This document shows, piece by piece, positions 37,968 through 47,190 of a stretch of 64,000 bases of DNA. The notes under the pieces are model-generated. The model searched no databases and had not been told where the DNA came from. It saw only the letters and a list, made by a program, of their open reading frames with translations. This DNA comes from an uncultured virus (IMG/VR IMGVR_UViG_3300044630_006877) (taxonomy: Duplodnaviria; Heunggongvirae; Uroviricota; Caudoviricetes). A program made the translations under genes and the position numbers. The stretch lies in IMG/VR virus record IMGVR_UViG_3300044630_006877. One strand, 5' to 3'. Every line of letters begins with the position of its first letter. Within the stretch, counting starts at the first letter, position 1.

Positions 37968-39415
37968 ATCAAGATCCGGCAGCGGAGAGGGCTGTTCTTG
38001 CAGCTCTTCTCAGGGGTGGTCACGAGGCGTGGGTGGACGTCTCGGATGTGCTTTCTGCGGCATGTTTCACTTGTGGAACAAATGCCGTTTACTATCGTTG
38101 CTTGGAGAAGGTTCTGACCGAGCCGAACTCCAAGGCGGACATACCCTCTATCGTGTCGGCGGCTGGCACGCTGGGGTTTTCCGACACATTCAAATCTCAG
38201 GAGGAGCAGAAATATCTGCGGGCCTTGGCGGTCACGCCGGTTGAACCATCCAACCTACGCCGGTTAGCCGCCCGCTTGGTGAAATTGCACAAGGCCAACG
38301 AATTCTCCGAAGTGATGAAGGATTCGGCAGAGAAGCTGGCTAATATCTCCGGTGATGAAACCCTCGGGGAAATCCTGGGGATCGGCGAGGAGGCCGTCTT
38401 CAATTTCGTCGGCAATCTGGGCAACCAGTCCGAAAGTCTGGCCCACATCTCCAAGGACCTGGACGAATACATTGATTACCTAGCCGCCAACCCGTCGGAA
38501 GTGATGGGGATCTCTTCTGGCTTGCCTCAGTATGACGCAGCAATTGGAGGTGGGTTTCAACGCGGCACAGTCAATGTGATCGGCGCCAGGCCGAAAACCG
38601 GCAAAACCCAATTGGCCGACAACATCGCTTTGCATGTCGCCTCCAAGCTGAACATTCCTGTCCTGAACATGGACACAGAAATGTCAGCGAAAGAGCACTG
38701 GCATCGCATGTTGGCGAACATGGCCGATGTGGTGGTGGACGACATCAAGAGTGGCAAGTTTGCCGCCGACGAGATGAAGTCCAAGGCTGTGTACGAGGCC
38801 AAGGAAAAGCTCAAGAGCATCCCCTACCACTACGCCTCCATCGCCGGTCAGCCCTTTGAGGAGACGGTCGGCTCCATGCGACGATGGTTGTACCGTCATG
38901 TCGGCTTCGATGAGTCTGGACAGACAAAGCCAGCCCTCATCGTGTTCGACTACATCAAGCTGATGGACGACCGCAGCATCACCAAGAACATATCGGAATT
39001 CCAGGCTCTGGGATTCTTGATGACCAACCTGCACAATTTTGCGGTGCGTTATCAAGTTCCCGTTCTGGCGTTTGTTCAGCTTAATCGTGACGGCATCAAT
39101 GCCGAGGACACTTCCACGGCGTCGGGTTCCGATCGCATCATCTGGCTGTGCTCCAACTTCTCCATCTACAAGTGGAAAAGTCAGGAGGAGATGGCCGAGG
39201 AAGGGACGGGGCCTGGCGGCGTCCGCTACAACCTGAAGTTAATTCCGGTTGTTTCGCGCCACGGCAAGGGTCTTGAGGGTGGGGACTACATCAACATTCA
39301 GGGGCAGTACGAATATGGCAGACTCAAGGAAGGACCGACACGGAACAGCTTACTCCGGAGCAAACCGACACGGTCAGGCTTCGACAATCCCCCCCAAGAC
39401 TCCCCAGAGTTTTGA
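37964..39415 (+). CDS. dnaB: replicative DNA helicase
   Basis: AERAVLA, GARPKTGKT, DTEM, FDYIKL, QLNR. Confidence 0.9.
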   Translation: MNQDPAAERAVLAALLRGGHEAWVDVSDVLSAACFTCGTNAVYYRCLEKVLTEPNSKADIPSIVSAAGTLGFSDTFKSQEEQKYLRALAVTPVEPSNLRRLAARLVKLHKANEFSEVMKDSAEKLANISGDETLGEILGIGEEAVFNFVGNLGNQSESLAHISKDLDEYIDYLAANPSEVMGISSGLPQYDAAIGGGFQRGTVNVIGARPKTGKTQLADNIALHVASKLNIPVLNMDTEMSAKEHWHRMLANMADVVVDDIKSGKFAADEMKSKAVYEAKEKLKSIPYHYASIAGQPFEETVGSMRRWLYRHVGFDESGQTKPALIVFDYIKLMDDRSITKNISEFQALGFLMTNLHNFAVRYQVPVLAFVQLNRDGINAEDTSTASGSDRIIWLCSNFSIYKWKSQEEMAEEGTGPGGVRYNLKLIPVVSRHGKGLEGGDYINIQGQYEYGRLKEGPTRNSLLRSKPTRSGFDNPPQDSPEF

Positions 39416-40436
39416 GCGTCTACGGAAGATAGCAGCAGTAGCGACTCAAAAGCTTGAGACAATTTTCGACGCCCTTGGTTTGGAATACAAGCCCGCCGAG
39501 AATTCGTTCTTCACGGCGTGTCCCGTGCATGGCGGCGATAATCCGACCGGCTGTCGGGTTTATTACAACGCACCCATGGGATATTGGCAGTGCTTCACTC
39601 GCGGTTGCGAAAAGGTTTTCCGGGACGACGCCTTTGGCTTTGTGCGGGGCGCTTTGTCTCGTCAGCGTTACGGGTGGGTGACAGAAGGAGACAAGGTGGC
39701 GACAGTCGGCGAAACAGAGAAGTTTCTCTCTGCTCTGCTGGCTCTCACTCCAGGCGCAGAAATTCCCCAGATTGACAAAAGCAAGCGGGAGTTCGTCACG
39801 GCCACGCGGATCATGCAGGTTGAGAGCGGACCCGTCGGCAAATGGGGGCGTGATCTGGTGCGTAGCCGCATGGAGATCCCTAGCGGGTTTTTCAAGGAGC
39901 GCGGCTTTGGCGATGAGGTGCTCAATCACTTCGATATCGGCGACACGAGACAGGGGCCGTTCGCTGGCAGGGCCGTCGTCCCCATCTATGACCACACCGG
40001 TCGGATGGCGGTCGGTTTCTCTGCTAGGGCGATTGGGGATATGCAGCCGAAGTGGCGGCACTCCGAGGGATTTTCCCGATCCCGTGTCCTCTACAACCAG
40101 TTTGTCGCCTTCAGGGAGGCTCGACGCTCAGGCACCATCATCCTGACCGAGGGGCCTTGTGATGTTTGGCGCCTTTGGGAGGCCGGTTACCACAATGCGG
40201 TGGCGCTGTTTGGTGTCACCCTCAGTGACGCCCAGCAGGTGTTGTTGGAGTCTTCTGGAGCCAGCCGCGTGGTCGTGTTCATGGACGACGATGAGGCTGG
40301 GCAGATTGCCTCTCAGAAGATCGTTGCTCAACTTTCAAGATCTTTTCGTGTGGTTGCGGCTCGAGCTGGACAAGGTAAAGACCCAGCCGATTTGTCTGTC
40401 GACGAGGTCAAGCAGGTATTAGGGAGACTCAAGTGA
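39315..40436 (+). CDS. dnaG: DNA primase (zinc finger plus TOPRIM)
   Basis: CPVHGGDN...WQCFTRGC; EGPCDV; MDDDEAG; start uncertain. Confidence 0.85.
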   Translation: MADSRKDRHGTAYSGANRHGQASTIPPKTPQSFERLRKIAAVATQKLETIFDALGLEYKPAENSFFTACPVHGGDNPTGCRVYYNAPMGYWQCFTRGCEKVFRDDAFGFVRGALSRQRYGWVTEGDKVATVGETEKFLSALLALTPGAEIPQIDKSKREFVTATRIMQVESGPVGKWGRDLVRSRMEIPSGFFKERGFGDEVLNHFDIGDTRQGPFAGRAVVPIYDHTGRMAVGFSARAIGDMQPKWRHSEGFSRSRVLYNQFVAFREARRSGTIILTEGPCDVWRLWEAGYHNAVALFGVTLSDAQQVLLESSGASRVVVFMDDDEAGQIASQKIVAQLSRSFRVVAARAGQGKDPADLSVDEVKQVLGRLK

Positions 40437-41053
40437 TGTTAATCGGCATTGCAGGCAAAAAAGGGGCTGGCAAAGACACCATCGCCCACGACCTCGTGGA
40501 ACATTGCCATTGGATCAACAACTACTTGGCTGTTGGTAAGGTCTTTCATTTTGCCGACCCCCTCAAAAAAGTGGCTGTCGAACTGTTGGGTATCCCCATT
40601 GAGATGGTCTATGGCACACAAGAAGACAAAGAGCAGAAGTGTCATCTTCACTGGGAAGACATGCCAACCTATGAGCTGATGGGAGATTTGCGTCCAACTG
40701 GGCGGATGTCTGTTCGCGAAGTGCTGCAATACTTCGGCACGGAAATCTTGCGCAAGATGTACGCCCGCGTTCACATCAACGCTACCCTCAACGCCATCGC
40801 CCAATACGAGGAAACGCAGCTTAGCCAGGCTCTTTCCGTCGTCGCAGACTTACGCTTCCCCAACGAGTGTCGGGCCATAAAAGAGGAAGGAGGTATCGTC
40901 ATAGGTTTAACTCGTGGAGAAAAAGGCGATAATCATGCTAGCGAAAACGCTTTAGATGACTATCCTTTTGATGTACTCATTGACAATATTGGCATGACTC
41001 GCGAAGAGCAGCTTGAAGCGGCTCTTAAATCTTTGCGGAGGAGCTACCGTTGA
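40433..41053 (+). CDS. deoxynucleoside monophosphate kinase
   Basis: GIAGKKGAGKDT, FADPLK, REVLQYFGTE, DLRFPNE, HASE. Confidence 0.85.
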   Translation: MMLIGIAGKKGAGKDTIAHDLVEHCHWINNYLAVGKVFHFADPLKKVAVELLGIPIEMVYGTQEDKEQKCHLHWEDMPTYELMGDLRPTGRMSVREVLQYFGTEILRKMYARVHINATLNAIAQYEETQLSQALSVVADLRFPNECRAIKEEGGIVIGLTRGEKGDNHASENALDDYPFDVLIDNIGMTREEQLEAALKSLRRSYR

Positions 41054-42111
41054 TTGTAACTTTTTTGCGGTCTAGCTCCGTAGGATCTTATGGCTGGTGT
41101 CCACATAAGTTCTTTATTACCAGCAACTTAGGTCACAGAGAACCTTCTGGTAAAAAAGCCGAATCTGGAAACATTGTTCATAAGGCCCTGGAACTTCTAG
41201 CCCGCAAAAAACTGGCTCATCAAAATAAAGAAAAAACCTTTTCTGATCCGGAAGTAGAAAGAGAATTTGACACGGCCACCTTCACCCCGGAATTAGCCAT
41301 AGCTGCTGGCTGGGATCACTACACCAACCCCGAACGCACCATTCATCCTTGGACTAACAGCGATCGCAAGAAATGCGAGCAGTGGACCTGGGATGTTCTG
41401 CTATTCAACGACGGCATGTTTTCTCCTGTGAATCGCAATGTCGTCATGCCGGAAGAATACTTTGAGATAACCCTGCCGCACGAGTGGGCTAAGTATGAAT
41501 ATTCTTTGCCAGATGGTCGTAACTATCAGGGACAATTGATCTTGCGTGGCACGATGGATCTTGTCACCAGAGTGAAACCTGGACTGATTGAGTACATCGA
41601 CTGGAAGACTGGTAAACGTCGATGTTGGGTAAAAGATAAAGTCAAAGAATATGATGATATGTATGAAGATTTTCAGCTTCGTTTATATCATTATGCATTA
41701 TGTGAGCTTTATCCAGAAGATGATATCTTGATGACTATATTTTTTGTTCAGGACGGTGGCCCTTACTCTTTGTGTTTACAGCGATCCGATTTGCCAGAAA
41801 CACTTCAGATGATTCGTCGTGAGTTTGAAAAGATCAAACATGACAATCATCCACGTCGCATTCTTGATCGTGATCCAAAGAACTGGAAATGCAGTCGCTT
41901 ATGCTCTTTCTTCAACGACAAGCATCCTGTTTCTAGTCTGTCGACTTGTCAGCATTTTAAAAACGAAATCGTTGAGTTGGGTATCGACAGGGTTGTCTCT
42001 AAGTATGCGGTTGGGGAACCCTGGGCTGGTTATGGTTCCGGTGGTGGCAGAACAGAAAGGGTTGACGAGACCACCGATCAAGCCGTAGTATCTTCAGGAG
42101 TGGTATCGTGA
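41050..42111 (+). CDS. PD-(D/E)XK exonuclease (Cas4/AddB-like, possible Fe-S cluster)
   Basis: CPHKF, GNIVHKALE, RGTMDL, IDWKTG, QLRLY, C-terminal Cys cluster. Confidence 0.8.
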   Translation: MIVTFLRSSSVGSYGWCPHKFFITSNLGHREPSGKKAESGNIVHKALELLARKKLAHQNKEKTFSDPEVEREFDTATFTPELAIAAGWDHYTNPERTIHPWTNSDRKKCEQWTWDVLLFNDGMFSPVNRNVVMPEEYFEITLPHEWAKYEYSLPDGRNYQGQLILRGTMDLVTRVKPGLIEYIDWKTGKRRCWVKDKVKEYDDMYEDFQLRLYHYALCELYPEDDILMTIFFVQDGGPYSLCLQRSDLPETLQMIRREFEKIKHDNHPRRILDRDPKNWKCSRLCSFFNDKHPVSSLSTCQHFKNEIVELGIDRVVSKYAVGEPWAGYGSGGGRTERVDETTDQAVVSSGVVS

Positions 42112-42608
42112 CTAGTTGCCTTTTAAGAATCGGGACTAAGATCGTATTGAACGAGGCTGAGCAAAGATTAGCCAAATTCTTAGCGAAGTCCAGATACATG
42201 AAAAACAGGCAGTCTAACACGAAAGACGGCAAGGTGGGGCCGCAAAACTGTGAGACGACAGATTTGGAAGGAATCGCAGCAGAAATTGCATTTTGCAAGA
42301 TGGTCAATGTCTATCCAGATTTACAACTGGAAGAGCGACCAGAGCACGATGCGACATTGCCGTGTGGCACCACCATTGATGTCAAAGCAACCAAATACAA
42401 GAACGGCAAGCTTTTAGCTGTGCCAGGCAAAGTGAATAAGTCTGACGGACTTGACACCTACTCGCTTGTCGTGGGCGAGTTTCCAGGCCCTTATGAGTTT
42501 AAGGGTTTTTGTAAGCGTGAGGAGTTGTTGCGGCAGGAGCGACTCACGAATCTGGGGTACGGCCCCACCTATGCTGCGGAACAAAAGGAGCTTTCTGAAC
42601 AGCCATGA
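42108..42608 (+). CDS. PD-(D/E)XK-like hypothetical protein
   Basis: GIAAEIAF...D......IDVKAT. Confidence 0.55.
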   Translation: MTSCLLRIGTKIVLNEAEQRLAKFLAKSRYMKNRQSNTKDGKVGPQNCETTDLEGIAAEIAFCKMVNVYPDLQLEERPEHDATLPCGTTIDVKATKYKNGKLLAVPGKVNKSDGLDTYSLVVGEFPGPYEFKGFCKREELLRQERLTNLGYGPTYAAEQKELSEQP

Positions 42609-43528
42609 AGCTAACGCCAGAGCAATCAGAGCGCCGTTTTAGTGGCGAAGATAGGCTTTATCAGGCTGTTGAGGAAGGTCGTCTTTCGGTAGACACTAAC
42701 GGCAAGGTGTGGAGGCTTCATAAAAATGGGAGTATTACTTCGGCAGAAAAAAGAATGACGAATGGATATTTGATGGTTCGGATCTGCATTAAAGGAAAAG
42801 CGGAATGCACTATGGCCCATCGGTTGGTGTGGCGTGTTTTGCGTGGACCCATCCCTCAAGGACTAAGTGTCAACCACAAAGACGGCGTAAAAACCAATAA
42901 TCATCCAGATAATCTGGAGTTGGCGACCAACCACATGCAAGCAATGCACGCAATCAGAGTGCTTAAAAGATATCAGCCGGTTGGAGAAAATTGTGGTCGT
43001 GTAACTCTGACAACTGACCAAGTTGAAGAAATGCGTCGACGTCGCCTTGTTGGGGAAAAGGTGGCTGTGTTGGCAAAGGATTACGGCGTCAGCAAAGCTC
43101 AGATTTCAAGAATCACCCGGGGCGTGCAATGGGGGCATGTCGAGGGCAATCTAACTAAAACCCCATCTAAGTTCAAGGAAAGGCGCAAAGAAATGGATTT
43201 TAACTACTACCAAGAACAAGCCGCTAAAACTGCCGTTTATCCCGGTAGTGGCACAACAACCGGATTGCTTTATGTTACGCTTGGCCTAGCTTCAGAAGCC
43301 GGAGAAGTAGCTGGAGCAGTTAAGCGCATTATTCGTGATGACGGTGGCGTTTTAACCGAAGAACGACGCAAGCAATTAATATCAGAAGTTAGTGATTGCA
43401 TCTGGTATATATCTCAATTGTGTACGGAGCTTGGAGTAACTTTTGAGGAGGTGGCTCATCGCAACCTAATCAAGTTGAACAACCGCAAAGAACGTGGGAC
43501 TCTCACGGGTAGTGGGGACAATCGCTAA
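42605..43528 (+). CDS. HNH endonuclease fused in frame to a MazG-like nucleotide pyrophosphatase
   Basis: HRLVW...NHKDGVKTNNHPDNLE; then MDFNYYQ..A..TA.YP...GLASEAGEVAG..K...E.SD..WY...N..KL..R. Confidence 0.8.
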   Translation: MKLTPEQSERRFSGEDRLYQAVEEGRLSVDTNGKVWRLHKNGSITSAEKRMTNGYLMVRICIKGKAECTMAHRLVWRVLRGPIPQGLSVNHKDGVKTNNHPDNLELATNHMQAMHAIRVLKRYQPVGENCGRVTLTTDQVEEMRRRRLVGEKVAVLAKDYGVSKAQISRITRGVQWGHVEGNLTKTPSKFKERRKEMDFNYYQEQAAKTAVYPGSGTTTGLLYVTLGLASEAGEVAGAVKRIIRDDGGVLTEERRKQLISEVSDCIWYISQLCTELGVTFEEVAHRNLIKLNNRKERGTLTGSGDNR

Positions 43529-43537
43529 CCTGTCTGG

Positions 43538-43576
43538 GCGTGATCCTGGCCAATATGGCCGGGATCATCGCTTTTT
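43538..43576 (+). terminator. rho-independent terminator
   Basis: gtgatcctggcca-ata-tggccgggatcat followed by a T-run. Confidence 0.65.
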
Positions 43577-43660
43577 ACGATTTAGTGCCATGTTTTCTTG
43601 GGGAAGAATAACTATAGGTTTTTACTTGATGTTTTACTTCCATAGTTACTACTATTGACT

Positions 43661-44341
43661 ATGGAGGTGAACATCATGAAGCTTGAAGCTGATCAAATTG
43701 AACGGTTTTGGTCTAAGGTTGAAAAGTCCGATGGTTGTTGGTTGTGGACAGCCGGACAAAAGAACCCGGAAGGATACGGTGGTTTTTATGTACGGCAGAT
43801 TAACAATACAGTCTGTTGTCACAAGATAGCTTTTTGTATCGAACACAATTTTGGGTTGTATGACATCCCAGAGGGAATTGTTGTCCGTCATCTTTGCAAT
43901 AACCACCCTTGCGTAAACCCTGACCACCTTGCTCTCGGAACTTACAAAGACAATAGTCTGGATATGGTTGCTGCTGGCAATTCGGTGGCTGGAGAAAAGA
44001 ACTGGAAATCTAAAGTTAGCTGGGACAAGGTTAAGGAGATGCGTCGCCTTTGGGGTACTGGCGACTACACAAAAACCCAACTAGCCAGTTTGTTTCAAAT
44101 CACTGACTGCACTGTTTGGCAGATCCTTTCCAACAGAACGTGGAAGGACCCATCTTATGTTCCGGTTGTTTTTACTGAGACAAAAAACAAAGCTTGTAAG
44201 TTTACTAACAATCAAGTGCAGGAAATAAAAGAAAAGTATAAGAGTGGAATTCCTGTTCGCATGCTTGTCACGGAATATAACATCAGCCTTTCTCAGGTTT
44301 ACAACATGCTTCACGGACGACAACGGAAAGGTGGGGTTTGA
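43661..44341 (+). CDS. HNH homing endonuclease with C-terminal HTH domains
   Basis: RFWSKVEK..GCWLW; VRHLCNNHPCVNPDHL..GT..DN; start 43661 or 43676. Confidence 0.85.
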   Translation: MEVNIMKLEADQIERFWSKVEKSDGCWLWTAGQKNPEGYGGFYVRQINNTVCCHKIAFCIEHNFGLYDIPEGIVVRHLCNNHPCVNPDHLALGTYKDNSLDMVAAGNSVAGEKNWKSKVSWDKVKEMRRLWGTGDYTKTQLASLFQITDCTVWQILSNRTWKDPSYVPVVFTETKNKACKFTNNQVQEIKEKYKSGIPVRMLVTEYNISLSQVYNMLHGRQRKGGV

Positions 44342-46254
44342 TGAGCTGGGTACCACTTCATTGCCACACTTATTTTTCCTTGCTGGACTCGCTATCTAAG
44401 CCAGACGCCGTAGCTTTGCGTTGTGAGAAGCTGGGTTATAAGGCGTGCGCCATCACAGATCATGGTACGCTCTCTGGTGTCGCCGCTTTTTCCAAGGCTC
44501 TTCGCAAGCGTGGTATCAAGCCCATCCTTGGATCTGAGTTTTATTTATGTTCCGGCCCAGCCCATGACAAGCGTCCTGAGAACGGATCTTTGTCGCACCT
44601 TTGTGTTCTAGCTAGGGGAGAGGAGGGCTGGAAAAGACTCGTCCAGGCATCCAACGCATCCAACGACCCTAATCACTTTTACAGGAAGCCGAGGTTGGAT
44701 CTCGACCTATTGGCAAAACACGCCGACGGCAAACTGATCGTCTTTTCTGGCCACCCCGGCAGCGATTTTTGCAACGCTTTGTTTCAAAATCCCAAGGCTG
44801 CGTATGGCTGTCAAACATATGATCAGGCAAGAGCCATGGTGCCAACCGACTGGGAACAGCGACTGCTCAAGATAACCAACCGCTACAAGGATCTCTTTGG
44901 AGCAGAGAATTTTTGGATTGAAATCCAGGCTGTTGACCAGGAGAACCTACCGGCTGCTGCTGTCGCCGTCAAAGGCCTCAGGCATTTTGCCAAAAAATAC
45001 GGCATCAAGACTCTGGGAACCCCTGACGCCCATTATCCGGCAAGTGAGGATGCGGCGGATCAACGGGTTCTGTTATGTTCTGCCATGCAAACGACTTTGC
45101 CGACTATTCATTCCGCTCTGGCTAGACAAGAGGATGTTTCCCTTGGCGGCTTTTTTCGTTCCAATCGCTACCACATTCCCGACTTTGACGAAGTAAAAGG
45201 GCTGCATACTGCGGCTGAGATCGAGGCGTCTCTTGAGATCAGCGATCTTTGCGGTGACTACGACATTCTGTCGAAGCCCCATTTGCCGGAATTTGCCTGC
45301 CCCAACGGCATGGGTGCTGATGAATATGTCCGACATCTGTGCCGTGAGGGCTGGAAGCGCAAGTTGAAACAGACAACCGAACGCACAGTCTATGGCGACC
45401 GTGCCAAAAAAGAGTTGGGCGTTATCACCGAAGCGGGTCTTTCGGCCTATTTTCTGATCGTGTCTGAATATTGCGAGTGGGCTAGGAATCAAGGGTGGTT
45501 AGTTGGCAAAGGGCGCGGTTCAGGTGCCGGGTGCCTTGTGAGCTATCTGCTTGGCATCACCGATGTTGATCCTGTCAAATACAGCTTGCTGTTTGAGCGT
45601 TTCTACAATGCTGGCCGTAATCAGCCTGGTCGCGTCAGTCTTCCCGACATAGATTGCGATTTTCCAATTTCTCATCGTGATGAGGTTGTACAACATATGC
45701 GTGATCGCTACGGCGATGACAAAGTAGCGCAGATGGTAACCTTTTCCAGATTGCAGGGTCGCGCAGCCATCAAGGATGTTTTACGAGCGCATGAAAAAGG
45801 CACTTTTGATGAAATCAACAAGATTACAGATCATATTCCTGATGAGGCCGCTATTTCTGACGAACTTCAGGAAATGCGTGAGGAGACAGGCGAAGCTTCC
45901 ATTCTGATGTGGGCTTTGGAAAATAACCCGAAGGAATTGGCTCAATGGTGTCGCATTGGCGACGACGGCAAACTGGAGGGTGATCTGGCTGTGGAGTTTG
46001 CCCAGGCTATCCGTCTTGAGGGAACCAAGAGAAATCAGTCAAAACATGCCGCTGGTGTGGTGATTGCGCCTAGATCGTTGGCCGATTGCTGTCCTATGGT
46101 ATTCGACAAGTCTACTAACCGTCGCATTTGCGGTGTGGAAATGTCCGACTTGGAGGCCATGGGCTTCGTCAAGTTTGACATTTTGGGGGTTGCGGCTCTC
46201 GACAAGATGCAAGGAGCTATTTCTTTGTTGAAGGGGGGATCTGTCCGTGTTTGA
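44341..46254 (+). CDS. dnaE: DNA polymerase III alpha, N-terminal fragment (PHP, palm, thumb)
   Basis: LHCHTYFSLLD, TDHG, DAHY, GRGSGAG, FERF, PDIDCDF, HAAGVV, KFDILG. Confidence 0.9.
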   Translation: MSWVPLHCHTYFSLLDSLSKPDAVALRCEKLGYKACAITDHGTLSGVAAFSKALRKRGIKPILGSEFYLCSGPAHDKRPENGSLSHLCVLARGEEGWKRLVQASNASNDPNHFYRKPRLDLDLLAKHADGKLIVFSGHPGSDFCNALFQNPKAAYGCQTYDQARAMVPTDWEQRLLKITNRYKDLFGAENFWIEIQAVDQENLPAAAVAVKGLRHFAKKYGIKTLGTPDAHYPASEDAADQRVLLCSAMQTTLPTIHSALARQEDVSLGGFFRSNRYHIPDFDEVKGLHTAAEIEASLEISDLCGDYDILSKPHLPEFACPNGMGADEYVRHLCREGWKRKLKQTTERTVYGDRAKKELGVITEAGLSAYFLIVSEYCEWARNQGWLVGKGRGSGAGCLVSYLLGITDVDPVKYSLLFERFYNAGRNQPGRVSLPDIDCDFPISHRDEVVQHMRDRYGDDKVAQMVTFSRLQGRAAIKDVLRAHEKGTFDEINKITDHIPDEAAISDELQEMREETGEASILMWALENNPKELAQWCRIGDDGKLEGDLAVEFAQAIRLEGTKRNQSKHAAGVVIAPRSLADCCPMVFDKSTNRRICGVEMSDLEAMGFVKFDILGVAALDKMQGAISLLKGGSVRV

Positions 46255-46537
46255 ACAAGATTGCGAAGAAATGGACCTTTCCAAGCGCATGGTTGCGCAC
46301 AATCTGGCTTTGCTCGACGCTTTGGCCGAGGCTTCTGAAGCTAAAAAGCGCCTGACTGAAGAGATGGGCAATGTCATCAAGGCTATCTTGATCAAGTTTG
46401 GCGGTGAGATCACCCTTGACGGGATGTTCATTGCGGCTGCCGAGTCTCCCACATGCGTTTTGAGCCATGAGGTTTCCAACGACGGCCAGACGCTTCGTTT
46501 CTGGGTCGAGGAATCAGAGGAGGTGGACGAGGTATGA
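46247..46537 (+). CDS. small acidic hypothetical protein between the dnaE halves
   Basis: Overlaps both neighbours. Confidence 0.55.
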   Translation: MFEQDCEEMDLSKRMVAHNLALLDALAEASEAKKRLTEEMGNVIKAILIKFGGEITLDGMFIAAAESPTCVLSHEVSNDGQTLRFWVEESEEVDEV

Positions 46538-47190
46538 CGAACAACATCATCATTTGTTTTGATTTTGAGACCGGCGGACTTGATATCAAGACCACCGAGC
46601 CGATTGAGATAGCTGCCGTGGCAATCAATCCGCGCACCTTGTCGATCGTCCCAGACGGGACCTTCTATAGTCTGTGCAAGCCGACTGATTTTTCGTTGTT
46701 GCAGGATCAGGCACTGGCCGTCAACGGCAAGACGCGTGATCAGCTCAAGCAGGCTCCCGAGCAGGAAGCCGTTTGGAGAAGCTTTGCCAGCTTTATCAAG
46801 CGGTTTAACTCAAAAGGCAATGGGTTCATGACAGCGCCGATTGCTGCTGGCAAAAACATTCGCATGTTTGATCTGCCGATATTCAGTCGTCTTTGCGCCA
46901 AGTACGGGTTTGCCGACAAGAATGGGGATCAAAACCTGTTTCATCGTCGGAAGGTCTATGACTTGGAAGACATCCTTGAGTATTGGTTCCACGACAGCGA
47001 TGAATTGCCGGATCGCAAGATGGACACATTGCGCGGATACTTCGGGCTATCAAGAGACGGTGCTCACTCGGCCATGATTGACACCAAGCAAACCGCTGAG
47101 TTGATTGTAAGGTTCTTGAAGGTGCATCGTTACTATGCCTCCAGAATTCCATTCCGTGGCGCCTGCGCCAAGAATGCGGTGATTGTTTAA
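46534..47190 (+). CDS. DEDDh 3'-5' exonuclease (DnaQ-like)
   Basis: FDFETGG, FDLP, AHSAMID. Confidence 0.85.
   Translation: MTNNIIICFDFETGGLDIKTTEPIEIAAVAINPRTLSIVPDGTFYSLCKPTDFSLLQDQALAVNGKTRDQLKQAPEQEAVWRSFASFIKRFNSKGNGFMTAPIAAGKNIRMFDLPIFSRLCAKYGFADKNGDQNLFHRRKVYDLEDILEYWFHDSDELPDRKMDTLRGYFGLSRDGAHSAMIDTKQTAELIVRFLKVHRYYASRIPFRGACAKNAVIV

Noticed and set aside
41050..42111. Cas4-like nuclease as evidence of CRISPR-Cas
   Set aside because: No array or other cas genes; the replication context fits a standalone phage exonuclease
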